Shown piece by piece: positions 61,665-64,000 of a DNA stretch of 64,000 bases; the first letter of the stretch is position 1, and each line of letters begins with the position of its first letter. Both the position numbers and the translations under genes were made by a program. The stretch is taken from positions 62,868,001-62,932,000 of the forward strand of contig OZ024745.1 in assembly GCA_964016885.1 (NCBI GenBank). The letters run 5' to 3'. The notes beneath the pieces are model-generated. The model was not told where the DNA came from, did not search any database, and saw nothing but the letters and a program-made list of their open reading frames with translations. The stretch is from Eledone cirrhosa (Eukaryota).

Positions 61665-61744
<80 letters not shown>

Positions 61745-61851
61745 AGGGGGGGGGGGGTAACTTGGAGTTACTGCAGGTTCAACCGGTAGAGCACTCAATG
61801 TTTAGGTTCACTTATGTGATGAGGTGTAGAGCTATACAGAGTGTAATATAT

Positions 61852-62050
61852 TGAAAGGATAACAAGGACGTTTGATTACTCTTTCATTGCATTTATTGAT
61901 AGGTGCATTTTAAAAGGGTCCGTCGAGCCGCCGATTATTGAGTCGGGTAGGATCGATACAGATCGAACCTTGAGCTGATCAGTGGCGAAACGCGTGTCAC
62001 CTATCAATAAATGCAATGAAGGAGTAATCAATCATCCTTGTTATCCTTTC
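61852..62050. mobile_element. Short element with inverted ends and an HHR 3' half
   Basis: 61853-61905 mirrors 61998-62050; CGAAAC-GCGT-GTC precedes AATAAA. Confidence 0.55.
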
Positions 62051-62072
62051 TATATATATATATATATATATA

Positions 62073-62570
<498 letters not shown>

Positions 62571-62910
62571 TATATACATATATATGTATGTATATATAGA
62601 TATGTGTGTGTGTAACAACAGTTACTGGAGTGGGGGCGCAGATGGATGCATTTGATGGTGTTTTAAGTTCTGTTTCGTGTGAGATGTATGCCAATGTTTC
62701 GTCTGTGGTGTGTAGAATATAGATATATTTAAATAAGTCGGCATCTAAATCCTTAAGATATATTCTTGCACATAGAAGCTCGCATATCTGATGAGATGTT
62801 GAAAGGAATCAGGCTCATGTCTCCTTTATTATTCCCTGAGCTGATCGATATCGAAACAATTGTAATGCGCAAATAAAGTTTGCACATATACTGCAAACCT
62901 GATTACGACT

Positions 62911-62950
<40 letters not shown>

Positions 62951-62986
62951 ATATAATATAAAATATATATATATATATATATATAT

Positions 62987-63190
62987 ATAGGAACGAGTGG
63001 AACCCCGACGTCTGAGATCAAGCCGTTTCGACGGCTAATTCTGGACTCAGTCCAGAATTAGCCGTCGAAGCGGCTTGAGCTCAGCTGTCGGGGTCCCACT
63101 CGTTCCTATTACCCATTCTACTACCCTAAGTATTGAGTACTTTGATGCGTTATGGTCCTTACTGGTTCCTTACCACATTTCCTTCGTTAT
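62987..63190 (+). mobile_element. Family C palindromic element
   Basis: Palindrome centred on CTGGACTCAGTCCAG, plus tail. Confidence 0.7.
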
Positions 63191-63789
63191 ATATATATAT
63201 ATATACATACATATATATTGTAACTATAGTATTCACTCAATAAGAATCAGTCTTTATATGTATATTTTCATCCCTTTAATCCACCTCGCCTCTTGCACCC
63301 CTTAGAATAGCAATAATTATTTACCTCCCTTTCTATACTTCACAATCAACTTGCCAGACTAGTTACTGACTTTATGCTATAACTCTCTCGGCTCTCTCTC
63401 TCTCACTTCCTCCTTATTTATATATCTAATATGCCATTCATTAACATATATTTTTTTCACTTTTCTATATCTCTGAGCATAGACTGTTTTTTCCTCGTTT
63501 TAGATTGTTATGGATGGGAGAAACAAGAAAATAATTGCCACGTTACTTAGATTTTGTATAGTTATTAATCTATATAATAAGGGCTGGATTAACAAAAGTG
63601 GTAGGGCTAGTGACAAAATTATATTTAAATGCGATGTAATTGTGTGTAAAAGCTTTATATAATTTCTGACGATGATGATTTGCTTTTGCCTTTTTGCGAT
63701 TGCTAATGTTGTCATCGTAAAGGTTATATATATATATATATATGTGTGTGTGTGGGTGGGTGTGTGTGTGTTTGTATGTATATATGTAT

Positions 63790-63843
63790 AATGTTGGAAC
63801 ATGGCAGTAGCCAACATAAACTAAACCAGAAAGATAATAATGA

Positions 63844-63887
<44 letters not shown>

Positions 63888-63935
63888 TGTTGGAGCATGC
63901 CAGTAGCCAACATAAACTAAACCAGAAACATAATA
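63790..63935. repeat. Short tandem duplication
   Basis: ATGTTGGA(A/G)CATG(G/C)CAGTAGCCAACATAAACTAAACCAGAAA occurs twice. Confidence 0.8.
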
Positions 63936-64000
63936 ATTAAAATATATATGTGTGTGGTACGTGTGTGTAAATATATGTATTTATTGTAGAATGTATATGT

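Larger units (their letters stand above)
58861..61670 (-). mobile_element. 5'-truncated Neptune-like PLE with 3' pseudo-LTR (58861-59175) and inverted 5' pseudo-LTR (61428-61670)
   Basis: A minus-strand RT/EN remnant lies between inverted copies of family D, the classic Penelope architecture. HHRs at 58999-59034 (-) and 61559-61594 (+). Confidence 0.88.

Overview
This is AT-rich, microsatellite-dense eukaryotic DNA, intergenic or intronic, with no host exon I can support. The SINE families and repeat landscape suggest an octopus or other cephalopod (inference). Most listed ORFs are artefacts of (TA)n, (CA)n, (TAC)n and similar repeats. The real coding remnants are retroelements: a near-complete Naiad-like Penelope-like element (PLE; RT + GIY-YIG, ~19767-24630), a 5'-truncated Naiad-like PLE (~45720-47890), a Neptune-like PLE with an inverted pseudo-LTR (58861-61670, minus), an R4/Dong LINE 3' end and several RTE fragments. 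There are also many tRNA-derived SINEs. The main unexplained signal is a dense set of minimal hammerhead-ribozyme (HHR) motifs, about a dozen full or near-full plus several 3' halves. They belong to roughly eight distinct short non-coding families that sit in (TA)n tracts, usually as inverted or palindromic pairs. Two families carry a compensatory U3:A8 core, and one has a 184-nt circularly permuted, retrozyme-like unit. Ribozyme folds were read by eye and are untested.
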